From: Eledone cirrhosa
Lineage: Eukaryota
Reading direction: 5' to 3'
DNA: 64,000 bases
NCBI GenBank assembly: GCA_964016885.1
Contig: OZ024740.1
Location: 159,588,001 to 159,652,000 of the forward strand
In this document: in pieces, positions 12,515-24,924 of the stretch
How the letters are laid out: each line of letters starts with the position of its first letter
How positions within the stretch are numbered: position 1 is the first letter of the stretch
Notes under the pieces: model-generated
Seen by the model: only the letters and a program-made list of their open reading frames with translations
The model's database searches: none
Told to the model about the DNA's origin: nothing
Made by a program: the position numbers and the translations under genes

Positions 12515-13791
12515 ACACACACACACATATACATCTATGTATGTCAGACCTCCTTACAATTTCTTGTCACCAAATTCACTCTCAATGCATTGGTTTGTAT
12601 GAGACTGGTACCCAAGAGATAATCCAGTGAAATAGATTCTAATGCCATATAACTACAAAAGGAACTTCATAACTATATAGCCATACTTGCATCTAAAATA
12701 TGATAAAAAATTCAACATATTCATTATGTCTCTATAGTGTGATTTTCTATCTGCAGCTATGGATATATAGAGTGACATGTGCATGGAAAAAGTTCCTGGC
12801 CTTGCGTGGTGTGCTAATGTAGAAGGAATTAACACTGAAACTAAAGGGAAGGTTGTATGTTGCATGTGTGCGAAGTGCTATGATTGATAGGAGTGATACA
12901 TGGATGATGTGTATAGAGCCAGAAAGAAGGTGAGAAAGAAAGAAAGAATATGATAATAGTCCAGTGGATGAGTGAAGTATTGTTGAGAGAGAAAACAAAC
13001 AATGGGTTGCCGAAAATGGCCAGGAGGATGGTGTGAGGGGAGGCAGGCAATAGGGAAAAACAAGAAGCTTCTCAAGGGGCCCACAAAGCTAACCCCTGAT
13101 TTAGCATGAAAGATGAACTTAAAATACATGCTGTTGTTTTTTGTCATATATCTACTGCTCCTCTGTAAATTTGAAATCTCTATGAATAGAGAGATTAGCA
13201 ACATGTTCCTTCCCTCTTCTCCAGGGGCATAGCTCAATGATAGGCATAGCTGCCTCTTGTATATACTAAAAATATATTTCAAGAGAATTATCATAATGAT
13301 GATGACGATAATAATGATTTAAACAATGATTATGATGATAGTGTCAATATTACTGATTAGGATAATTGATGATGATGATGACTGCAAATATGAGATATTT
13401 GGATGCTAATAGCAACAATGATGACAGTTCACAGAGTAGTGATAATATTAGTGGCATAATGACAGTTAATAATGATGGCTTTGATGGTATTAGTGATGAC
13501 GATGATAGCTGTGGTTGTGCTGATGTTGATGATTACAATAGTGATTATTATGGTGATGACAATAATGATACTAAGAATGATTTTTTTTTCATTTCATGAA
13601 TTCTTTTTCTTCTTTTTACTTTGTGTCTTTTTGTGTGTGTTTATTGATTTTTTCTTGATTTCATAATTTGATAATTATTTAAATTGCTTAATTAATTTTC
13701 CATTAATTTTACATTACCAATTTATTTACTATTAATTAATTAATTTATTTAATTAATTATTTATTCATCTATTTTATTTTATTTATTTCAG

Positions 13792-14033
13792 AAGGAAAGG
13801 TGGAGGTAAACTTCAACATCAGTGGAAACATACAGGTGAAAAATATAAAACTGATGAACAGTGATTTACAAGCTGGAGGTGCATGGAAACCTTCACATTG
13901 TATCTCACGGCATCGTGTGGCTGTCATAATCCCTTACCGGGACAGGCACCAGCATCTTCTGACATTACTTTATCACCTGGTGCCAATTCTTCGAAGGCAA
14001 CAATTGGATTTTAGGATTTTCGTTGTTGAACAG
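13792..14033 (+). CDS. Internal coding exon of a beta-1,4-galactosyltransferase / GalNAc-transferase (GT7, B4GALT/bre-4 family)
   Basis: GGAWKPSHCISRHRVAVIIPYRDRHQHLLTLLYHLVPILRRQQLDFRIFVVEQ matches the GT7 N-terminal catalytic region; T-rich tract plus AG at 13790-13791; donor CAG|GCAAGT. Confidence 0.92.
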
Positions 14034-15189
14034 GCAAGTGATTAATGTTTCATTTCCATGTCTTTGCATTCTTTGTCTTGTTTTCAAAGGAATAACATAT
14101 AGCAGAGAATATAAGATTTCTTGAGCAATGGTATAATTGTTTTCATCCTCCTTGTTATCTCTGCTACCACCAACAAGAACTTCATTTGCTATTTCTTTTT
14201 CAGCTAACATTTGGTATCCAGATCCATCCTTTTTTTGTCTTCTAGCCAAATTCTAACTTCCTCATCTGTAATATGTTTACCTTATCCTCTGAAAATCTCC
14301 TGCCTTGAAGTCTATAAAATCAGATTCTACCTCCATCTAATACAGAAGTTTTTTTCCAAGCATTGACATCAGTGCCTTCCATGAAGCTGCTGAACTGAAT
14401 ATTGCAGACTTAAGATTGTAGTTCTTGATGTTATTCAGAGTTCTTTGTTCTCCCGTATCTCTCTTAAGATTGTAATCTATCACCAAGAGAACTTCATCCA
14501 AATGGTTTTATTGGTGTTATATATTGCATACTATAGTTATACTTTAATCTAATGAGTGAATTTTGTAGGTAAAGTTGATGACAAAACCATGTATTTTATA
14601 TTACCAAAATGCTGATGATTAATTTGGTTAGCAGAAACATTGGCTAAGATTAGCAACACCTTCACCTCATCAGCAGAGCATTTGAGAACATTTTCCTTAT
14701 ATTTACATACAAGTATGAAATTCGATAAATAAAAACAGTAAATAGATTTATACAGTTCAAGTATGATTTCTTCAAATGGTAATAAGGCACAAGTAGGTAG
14801 TACATTGTGTTTTTCAAAACTCATTAATATGCTGACTTCCCCACTGCCACTTACTTCAAAAAGTAAATGATGTCTATGTTTGTGTAACACATGCCAGAAA
14901 ACAATCCTTATTTAACCCTTTACCATTTACATTACTCTATATTTACTATTGTATTTTCACGGAAAAGGCATTATCTCACATAATATCGAATCTATGAGAT
15001 TTGTGATATAGTTTATTTTGAGAACCATATGTTACAGTCGTTATCAGGGGCCAGGTATGGTCAGTTTGAACAGAAAGAGGTGAGAGAATTCTGGCCAGAT
15101 ATGGCCGGTTTAAATACTGAAGTGTTAATTTCTGATTGGTTATTGAGACTTCATTTTTAAGAATTTGTGTATTCTGGAATTGTAGTGAC

Positions 15190-15400
15190 TGCTGATACAA
15201 GTCATGCCCCTAACAGTGGAGACTTCTGGTGTCCTTGACCTTAGGGCTACCCCCCTACTTACCACCATAAGTGCTGACCTGTCTAGCCGCGGGTGTGAGC
15301 CTCACGAGATAGAATGGCTCTTTCAGTGCATCTCTCTTACCATCCTCCGTGGAAATGCCTTCTCCATTCTGTCCACTGGGGCCATGGGGTGGCCAGCACA
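15190..15400 (+). mobile_element. CRE-like non-LTR retrotransposon 3' relic (restriction-like endonuclease end)
   Basis: PLTVETSG...WLFQCISLTILRGNAFSIL resembles the conserved CRE-type C-terminus. Confidence 0.65.
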
Positions 15401-15639
15401 TGGGACTTCATTTTCTCATAATACGGAGGGATGGGGATGGCGAGAGAGATGGAGGCACTGACAGTGGGAGTTCAGCTCTTCCATGTTCGGACACATTTAT
15501 CAATTCTATGTTGCTGTTTATAAATGAGTGTTAGCTGAAAACTTCATAGGCTGACTATGAAGGAGTGATGTTAGAGCTGTGAGATACAATTTAATGTTTA
15601 TTATACATTTGTAAATCTAGGAGCCCTTGACTTTTGATT

Positions 15640-16090
15640 GTCATCTACTTGTTTCAAAATGGTTCAATTTCATTCGTAGATGTTACCTCCTTCACGACAA
15701 ATAAATTTATTGCCTATTCCATAGCAATTTCTAAATCCCGTAATCACGAGTCACTAGCTTTGAAATTACTGATGCCCATATGCCTACCTAATTTGGCAAC
15801 ATCACTTTGAATTTCTACACTACGAAGACTGTTATCACATGATCATTGATGGATAAACTACTTTATAACTCCATCTTGAAGATTTATAGCTTTTACTACT
15901 CTCATATTCTTACTTGCACCAACAGCTAATGAACTAGAATTTGTATCAAAATTTTATTTCGAAGAAAATTCGTTGCATTTTTCCTTAAACTTGCATCTAT
16001 TTGAAACTGTTTCCTTTCTAGTATCATACACTTCCCAAACTCTTGTACCTGAAGCATTTGTTATTAACTTTATTATAATTTCCATGTTTT
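15640..16090 (-). pseudogene. Decayed pogo/Tigger-type transposase N-terminus (CENP-B-like HTH)
   Basis: Minus-strand translation near 15740-15800 gives LGRHMGISNFKASDS*L, resembling FKASxGWL; multiple stops. Confidence 0.45.
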
Positions 16091-17239
16091 GTTTCACAAA
16101 TAGGATCATATGCTTCTTCTTTAGACTATCACTCTCTCACTTGAAGCCATGATGTAAAAGCACAAGACTGATAAACACCTAATACTGGATTATCAATGAA
16201 AGATGCAGAGAAATACAAGCTGTGTTGTGCATGATAGTTATTGTTGCAATGTACATTGTATTACCATAAATATCCTACTAATCTGGCAAAAGTGTTACTC
16301 AAAAATAAACAGAAATTTTAAGTTACTTTGACCCGACTTAATCTTTGTTTCTGAGTGCATAATATTAGATTTGAAAAAGGAATTAGAGACATATCATGTT
16401 TTGATACTTCAGAAACAGAATTATAAAGAAAATTAGTTTTACTTTTGACATTTTCAATGAATTTACGCATAAAGCTTCTCACCATGAAAACAGTGCTTAT
16501 TAGAGAGGAGTATGATAACAAATACAAGATTGTCCTATACAAAATAATGGGCTGAATATAGTTAGAAAGAATCAGAGAGAGGAGGGGATGAATTAATTTA
16601 AGCAGTAGATGAATAAAGAAGTTAGTTAATTAGAAGGAAACGTAAAATATTAGAAATGAGGAGTGTATTTCTTAGAGAATTGCATAAAAGCTAATAATTA
16701 ACAGGATGTGAGTTGGTGAATGTCACTTCCATTCCGCCTTTACTTTTTTTCTTTTTCCATTATCCCATAATCCACCCTGTAAATATACAATTATATTTGT
16801 GAGGTGCTATCTCAAAACAACTGTCAATTTCATTAAAGGGGATACAACATTTAGCTTCCCATTACAATCCATGATTATATTACTGAGTGAACTTAATATA
16901 ATCCCCAATAACACTCATACTTAAAATGGTGAAAATAAACACTGATGATTGCTTACTTATCTATTTTCATCTGGTTTATGCAACATCCAGTTTAATGCAA
17001 TGTGATCTGATGAGGGTTCACCACACTGAGAAAATCCAAAAATAGGAAGGTGTGGGAATATAAAGACATATACAAAAATAAAAATAGTAATAATTACATA
17101 GTAGTAGTAGTAGTAATAAAAAAATCCAGAATATATACTACCATGAACCAGATCATGATATGTCATCAATTAACCCTTTCTGAAACTGCTCCTGGTCCTT
17201 TCATTCAAAGCTGTTTATTTTAAAGTGTTTATCTATCTA

Positions 17240-17585
17240 TCTATATAATGCTAAAATTCTGTGATTGCTTGCTTGCTTGTTTGCTTGTCTGTGATGTAAT
17301 ACAGCCAAAAGGGCGCATAATGGGAAAATACTTTAAAAGGAGGTTGACCCTGAAATGGGAACACAAATGGAATAAAACAAGTTTTGCATAAATCGGACCA
17401 CGTGTTCCCGAGATACAGGGGTTTTCCGGGTACCTTCATAAAGAGAGAGAGAGAGAGAGGAAGAGAAGGCAGAGGAGAAGAATGGAAGAGAGAGAGAGAG
17501 CTGGTGGTGGTGTTGTGTATATATATATATATTTATATATATATATGTGTGTGTGTCTATGACCAGTGTATATAGATCAGACACA
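17240..17585 (+). mobile_element. Non-autonomous repeat with Helitron-like 5' end; inverted sibling at 31820-32320
   Basis: Starts TCTATATAATGCTAAAATTCTGT followed by (GCTT)n; clear homology to 32140-32320 and 31820-31850 in reverse. Confidence 0.5.
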
Positions 17586-17594
17586 CACATATAT

Positions 17595-17634
<40 letters not shown>

Positions 17635-17636
<2 letters not shown>

Positions 17637-18824
17637 CATCATCATCATCAACGTTTAACATCCGTGTTCCACGCTTGCATGGGTTTGGACGGGGGTATTC
17701 CCACTTGAGGCAAGAGTGATTGTCTTGCTCGCATAGGACTGTCTGGCAGGTTTTCTACAGTTGGATGCCCTTCCTAACACCAACCACATTTACAGTGTGG
17801 GTCTGGGAGGTTTTTACCGTGTTGCCTACATGGCCACATTACAGCGTGGACTGTGTGTTTTTTTGTCGTGACACCTACACGATCTCATTTGTTTCGGCCT
17901 GGATGGTGTGGGACCAACATAACTTTACATAGAAGGGGGCGGTGTGGATGGGGTGGGGGTGGTGGGACGGGGTTGTATTTTGTTAGAGATGCCTACTGAC
18001 TGTAGTAGGTTTTACTTTGTATTTAGGTAAGGCGGGTCTTCTCTATTACTGAGTACCGCCAAAGGTCTCGGTCCAGTGACATTGTCTTGGTGAGGTGTAA
18101 GTGTGTGAGGTCGGAGTTTATCAGCTCGTCCCAGGTTTTTCTGGGTCTGCCTATTCCGTGGCTACCGTCTATCTTTATTGCCCTGCACTTTGTTATACAG
18201 CTATCGTCCTTCATGCGCATCATGTGACCATACCAACGTAGCCTTCTCTCTAGTAAACAACATCTGATCCCTCTTATTTCTAATTTTTTCCTTAGTTCGT
18301 TTATGCTTTGTCGTTCACGTATATTACTATTACACATCACATCCAGCGGAGCATGCAAGCTTCGTTTCTCTCTAGTCTGCGTATATCCTCTGCACACAAT
18401 GCCCAGGTCTCACTGCCATGCAACATTGCTGTTCGTATGCAGGCATCGTACAGCCTGCCTTTCATTTTTAGGGAGAACCCTTTAGCGGCTAATAGTGGTA
18501 TAAGCTCTCTGAACTTTTTCCACCCAGTTCTGACTCTAGCTACTGTACTTTCAGAGCACCCTCCCCCACTGCTGATTTTGTCACCCAGGTAACGGAAGCT
18601 GTCCACTATTTCTATAGAACCCTCTGCGCAGTTGAAAGAGCTAGTATTTTGTGGGCACTTGCTGCTACTTATTTCCCCAGAACACCGGCCACATGTAAAA
18701 TCTATGTTCTTAGTTAGCTTACCTGTGATCCCACTACATCTTTTATGCACCCAAACTTTGCATTTGGGACACAAAATGGAATTTCTACCTACGCCTTTCC
18801 TACACTCTGCGCATGGCCACTTCC

Positions 18825-18826
<2 letters not shown>
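17635..18826 (-). mobile_element. Young RTE LINE, 5'-truncated, frameshifted
   Basis: ORFs 18337-18924 and 18023-18397 together rebuild the protein of 64-855; (ATC)n tail. Confidence 0.92.
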
Positions 18827-18915
<89 letters not shown>

Positions 18916-19469
18916 CACACACATTTATATATATATGTATATACACCCACATTTATATATATATATACATACACACACGTATATATAAAGGCCTTCCAGT
19001 TTAATTTCACATTATATACATGTCTGTGTGTATTTTAATTATTTAAAAATTATTTTTAAGTGAACATGATTTTTTTTAAATGTTTTGAAGTGAACGTGAC
19101 CCAACAGGTCACATTTGGTCTTGCATACCCTAATATTGAACGATATTCTATAGTCAATTTACAGTGGAAGCTTCTAATTCTATTTAAAAAATGTCAATCA
19201 TCACTGTATTCTAATTCACACGTGCTTTCATATATATATATATATTTATTTATTTATTTGCATGTGGTTGGTGTTAGGAAGGGCATCCAGCCGTAGAAAA
19301 CCTTCAGATAGTACTATACGAGCGAGACACGGTCACCCGACCAGCCTTGCCTCAAGTGGGACAACTCCCGTCTAACCCATGCTAGCGTGGAAAACGGACG
19401 TTAAACGAAGATGATGATGATGATATATATCTCTTTCAATATATATATATATATATATATTCATTTCAT

Positions 19470-19793
19470 TTCATTTCATTTTACGTCCACTTTTCCCTGC
19501 TTGCAAGGGTGGGACGGGAACTGAATCTGGCTTGATTTCTACAGCTGGATGCCCTTGCTAACACCAACCTCATTTACAGTGAGTGCTGAGTGCTTTTTTT
19601 TCCGTGGCGCCTACACGTCCACTTTACAGTGGAATGATAGGGACCCCAGTCCCTATCATCTCATTTCTACAGCTGAGTAAACTGGAGCAATGTGAAATAA
19701 AGTGTCTTGCTCAAGGAAACAACACATCACCCGGTCTGAGAATTGAACTCACAACCTTTTGATTGCAAGGCCAATGCTCTACCACTAAGCCAT
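19470..19793 (-). mobile_element. tRNA-derived SINE, nearly full length
   Basis: Head ATGGCTTAGTGG...GTGAGTTCAATTC; (GAAAT)n tail. Confidence 0.85.
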
Positions 19794-19794
19794 G

Positions 19795-20572
19795 ATACTA
19801 TAAATTATGTCCATAGAATCATTTGATAAGATATATACACTATTTCTTCTCCCAATCAACATAATCAACCACACAAAAAACCAATTAAACGATTAAAAGG
19901 TTAAATAAGATTAAATATAAGATTAAATATAAGATTAAAAGGCACCTATGAAGAAATAATAGATTAATAAACGACAGCCATCTATTCGCGATCAACAGCT
20001 ATAGAATATTTACCCACCATTTCAATAGCACGTGGAAATCGATTAAATATATCGTCAACCATACACAATTAGGTATAAAATTAAAGTTAGAAGAAAAAAT
20101 GCATATAAACATACCAGGATTACGTTTCTACCCTTTAGTGTTTCATTCGCTTTAGGAAATATCCGATCAAGGATAAATTCTCGAGCTTCGAAATCACCAG
20201 GAAACAAACTCATTTGGACGAAGATTTTTCTTAAATGATCCTCGCCAGAAACGAATTCAAAATGGCTAAGAACTGTGACGTGGCAGTGGTCAAGTCAGAA
20301 AGAATGTGATTGGTGCCTTACGGCGAGTGGGCTGGTTGCTAGGAAGCGCAGCCTAATATTGCCTAAATTGCATCTCAACCTTATGGGAGATTATCAAATA
20401 TAAAGATTTACATATACACAAACTAGACAAAGTCATAGATATATATGTTTTTGGCAACCATTCACGATGTGACTCAATGATGAATTAATAAATTAAATAA
20501 TCAGAGCAATATACTATAAATTATGTCCATAGAATCATTTGATAAGATATATACACTATTTCCTCTCCCAAT
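19795..20572. repeat. Unclassified element bounded by 62 bp direct repeats (716 bp period)
   Basis: ATACTATAAATTATGTCCATAGAATCATTTGATAAGATATATACACTATTTCyTCTCCCAAT at 19795 and 20511. Confidence 0.75.
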
Positions 20573-20924
20573 ATACAATATCTAGATATTGAGATAACTA
20601 TATTTTATTGCTTACAGCAACCAGTCAACTTAACAAGCAAATAAACAATCAAAGAAACATTTTTAAAAATCACCAGAAAACTGTCTTAATCAGTTTATCT
20701 TTAACATGAACTTTACCATTACTGAACTCCATCTGACATTTAACATTTCTTTTTCGTTTTGAGGGGTAAAGTAGAAGGGAAGAATTTTAAATTATTCCTA
20801 CTTAGTTGATTTTCTTCATTTAGATTTTTCTTCTTTTTTTCTTTGAGATGGGTTTGAGATTGTTATTCTATGAAATATCAATTTGAAAGCTATAAAACTA
20901 AAATAGTGATAATAATATAATCAT

Positions 20925-21285
20925 AATTGTTTCTACTTTTGGCATAAGGCCACCAATTATCCCAGTGCATTACTGGTACTTTATTTTGTCGACCCCGTAA
21001 GGATGAAAGGCAAAGTTAACCTCGGCAGGATTTGAACTCATAATAATGGTTTCTTATATAGACACAAGGGCAGCAATTTTTGGGAAGGGGAAAGTCAATT
21101 AAATCGACTTTTATTTTATCAACCCTTTAAGGATGAAAGGCAAAGTTAACCTCGGCGGGATTTGAAAAGCATGGCGTCTAACCCACTACCGATACTGCCA
21201 ATCCGATGATTGGGAAAGTAATTTGGGGCGAGGGGAAAGTTGATTAAATCAGCTCTATTTTATCGACCCTGTAAGAATGAAAGGA
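20925..21285 (-). mobile_element. Nested fragments of a second SINE family (GGATGAAAGGCAAAGTTAACCTCGGC type)
   Basis: Same motif recurs at 30630, 56812, 56994 and 59.1-60.0k. Confidence 0.75.
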
Positions 21286-21302
21286 ATAATAATAATAATA
21301 AT

Positions 21303-21815
21303 TCTGAGAAGTGGTATGAGCATAAGCCAGAGTCGGTGATAGAAAACGATCAGGTGAAGGTGCTATGGGATTTTAGGATACACACGGACAAGAAATTAGA
21401 ACACAATAGGCCTGACCTGGTGGTTTTGGACAAGGAAAAAAGATTGTGCCTGATTGTGGATGTAGCCTGCCCATTTGACACGAGAGTGCAAGAAAAGGAG
21501 AGGGAGAAAATTAACCGATACCAGGATTTAAAGTGCGAGTTAAAAAGGATTTGGAACTGCCATGAAATCTAGGTCGCCCCGATTGTCATAGGCGCACTAG
21601 GTACTATCTCAAAGAGTTTCCAAGGATGGTTAAAAAAGATTATTCCAGCCCCGCTCTTTGGAACACTTCAAAAGGCATGCTTGCTGGGAACAGCAAGAAC
21701 TCTCCGATACGTCCTGAATATCTGAGGCTGCAGGTAGTGGCTTGATATTCATTTCAACAAACTTTCCAGTTAAATAATTTCAATGACTGAGACTCAAAGA
21801 ACAATAATAATAATG
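21303..21815 (+). mobile_element. R4/Dong-like non-LTR retrotransposon 3' end (restriction-like endonuclease) in (AAT)n
   Basis: WYEHKPESVIEN..VLWDF..TD....NRPDLV...LIVDVACPFD....EKI.RYQDL; (AAT)n on both sides. Confidence 0.85.
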
Positions 21816-21829
21816 ATAATTATTATTAT

Positions 21830-22283
21830 TATTCATCTGCACAGTGATGATCTTATTAACACTGAATCATTTAATTGATTCCCTATGAAGTTTTGTAAGC
21901 ACAAATAGACAGTTATTTCTGCAGGATGTTTGCTGTTCCCAAAAGTATTTTTTCTGCGATATCATAATGCTGGGACTGATTCCGATTCTATCAAAGTTTT
22001 TCTGTAGGTTTTCTGTCACTGACCCAAGTGCTCCAATCACAACTGGTGCCACTCTTGCATTTATATTCCACATTCTCTCAACATCTATTCTTGAGTCTCC
22101 ATACATTACAATTTTCTCATTTTCTTTACCAATGATGTAATCGTCTCCTAAGCAAGCTACGTTGATCAACAAACACCCCCTTTCAGTACCTTTTCCCACC
22201 AAAGGTATGTCTGGCTTGTAAAGTCCTACATCAGTTTCACTGTTTGATTTACTAGGATCTTCTGTGATTTGTGCTGTTACCAT
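21830..22283 (-). mobile_element. Older R4/Dong-like endonuclease relic, tail-to-tail with the previous element
   Basis: KPDI...LLINVAC...KENEK...PVVIGALGSV. Confidence 0.7.
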
Positions 22284-22614
22284 TTCTCAGTGGCTGCAAA
22301 CCCATATTTTGGGCAAAAAGACGAATGGAGTTGGAAGCACACTTTAGTTTGACAGTCATTTTTGCCCTGGTGGAGGGCAGGGTGCTGGCTTTTCCATTCA
22401 AATTATTATTGTTGTCGTTTGTTTGTCTTTGCCATAAAAAAAAAAGTTTGGCAAATTGTCACTAGGATCAGCAAGGTTCAGTGTTAGGTCTATGGCTATA
22501 TGTAGTGGTATAGATAGATTGACTTCTCTGACCACCATTTTCTACTTGAATTATTATCATCATCAATATTCTTACCATAATCAATGATAAAATCACACAC
22601 ACACACATATAGAA

Positions 22615-22906
22615 TAAAAGAGAAAACACACGTAAGCATAAAAAAAAGGATTTTATCCAGGTATTTACGACCGTTTCATTGGTAAGCGCAAACTTATATC
22701 GCTATACTGCAAATAGCAGCCACTCGATAATAACTGTTATTCACCTCCAAATTTTCATTATTTTGAAAATTTGGTGGTGAATAACAGTCATTATCGAATG
22801 GCTGGTATCTGCAGTATAGCGATATAAGGTTGCGCTTACTAATGAAACGGTCGTAAATACCTGGATAAAATCCTTTTTTTAATGCTTACATGTGTTTTCT
22901 CTTTTA
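22615..22906. repeat. Fold-back inverted repeat, 143 bp arms, 6 nt loop
   Basis: x pairs with 45521-x; about 9 mismatches, no indels. Confidence 0.92.
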
Positions 22907-23190
22907 CGCTTTTACTCTTTAATTCTTTATACTCCAAGATTGAACGTGATTTCATACCACATTCTTGCAAACTTGTGGAGTTACCCCTAACCGTACATTG
23001 GAAACTGTCCAAGAAACTGGCTATCTTAACCACAAACTGGATTACAATAAGCAATTTTCTGCTTTCCTAACTATTAACCCATGCTAGCGTGGAAGAACGG
23101 ACGTAAAACGGTGATGATGATGATGATGATGATACATACATACACATATATATATATATATACACACCCATCTATATGTGTGTGTGTGTG

Positions 23191-23238
<48 letters not shown>

Positions 23239-23540
23239 TGTATATGTGTGTGTGTGTGTGTGTATATATATATCGTCATCATCATCATCATCATCATCAC
23301 CGTTTTACGTCCATTCTTCCACGCTAGCATGGGTTAGACGGGTTGTCCTGCTGTGGGCAGTGTCTGGTCGGCTGACCATGCCTTGCTCATACAGGAACTG
23401 ATTTGGCTTGATTTCTACAGCTGGATGCCCTTCCTAACACCAACCTCATTTACAGTGAGTGCTGGGTGCTTTTTCGTGGCGCCTACACGTCCACTTTACA
23501 GTGTGGGCTGGGTGCTTTTTTGCCGTGGCACCTCCACAGT

Positions 23541-23955
23541 AATACAGAAGACCCGCCTTGCCTAAGTACAAAGCGAAACCTACCACAGTCAGTAGGCATC
23601 TCTAACAAAATACATCCCCGTCCCCACCCCATCCACACCACCCATTTCAATGTAAAGTTATGTTGGTACCACAACATCCAGTCCGAAACAAATGAGGTCG
23701 TGTAGGTGTTACGACAAAAAAACACACAGTCCACGCTGTAATGTGGCCTTGTAGGTAACATGGTAAAAACCTCCCAGCCCCACACTGTAAATGTGGTTGG
23801 TGTTAGGAAGGGCATCCAGCCGTAGAAAACCCGCCAGACAGTCCTATGCGAGCAAGACAACCACTCTTGCCTCAAGTAGGAAAATTCCCGTTCAAACCCA
23901 TGTAAGCATGGAAGATGGACTTTAAACGATGATGATGATGATGATGATGATGATG

Positions 23956-23956
<1 letters not shown>
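23541..23956 (+). mobile_element. RTE 3' UTR fragment (related subfamily) with (GAT)n tail; similar fragment at 55810-56151
   Basis: Homologous to 820-1213. Confidence 0.8.
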
Positions 23957-23995
<39 letters not shown>

Positions 23996-24924
23996 CAAGG
24001 CAATAGATAGATAGATGTAATGAGAAATGAGTTAGAGAGAGGGGGGGGGATAATAACAACAAGAGGGGAAGAGATTTATAGACAGAGAGGGAGAAACCTA
24101 ACTTAGCAAATATTAAACAAGCTCATAAACATCAAAGTCAGATTTTTCAAACTTTCATAGCATTGTGTATATACGTGTGTGTATGTGTGTAAGAGTGTGA
24201 TGGTGATGACAAAAATGTTTGACAATGATTATGACGATGGTGCTTATTATATGAGGACCATATTTATGATAATGACAATGGCAAGGAACATAACTTAATT
24301 TAATTATGGTGTTGTAGGGAAATATGTTGAGGAGGAGGAAGATAATCTTGAGGAGGAGGAGGAGGAGGAGGATTATGATGATGATGATGATGGTAATGGT
24401 GATATTTAGTTTTCTAAATTCCTTCTATATCAATTCATGCTAAGAACAGATACAATTTGAATGTATATATGTGCAAATAAGTACATGTACACACAATCGC
24501 CCACACACATCAACACTATATCATTTCTACTCTTGTTCAGATACTGTTATTGATATTTACTTCATACCAATAAATAATGGAAAATCTGAAGGATGCATTC
24601 ATCCTCATAGATATACACAGGTACACACATATACATACTTACATGCACATAAACACTCATACTAGTACAAAACATACTTACAGACACACACACTCATTCC
24701 ATTGTTCATAAACATATAGACACTGATACTCTCACCTTAAGCATATATTTATACCATACCACATATATAAACTAATGTACTGACACTACACACTCACACA
24801 CATACTGATATGATGCATACACACATATATACATATTCATACTATACATACATTAATACAGAAATTAACACAGACACATTCACACATAAGCTCAGACATA
24901 CATAAATTCTGACACCACATTCAC

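Noticed and set aside
13290-13580. Asp/Asn-rich ORF upstream of the exon
   Set aside because: Degenerate (GAT/AAT)n microsatellite; no splice or homology support.
14608-14650. CTGATGA...GAAAC motif (also a similar one at 17007-17035)
   Set aside because: No consistent stem I/III and no NUH site.
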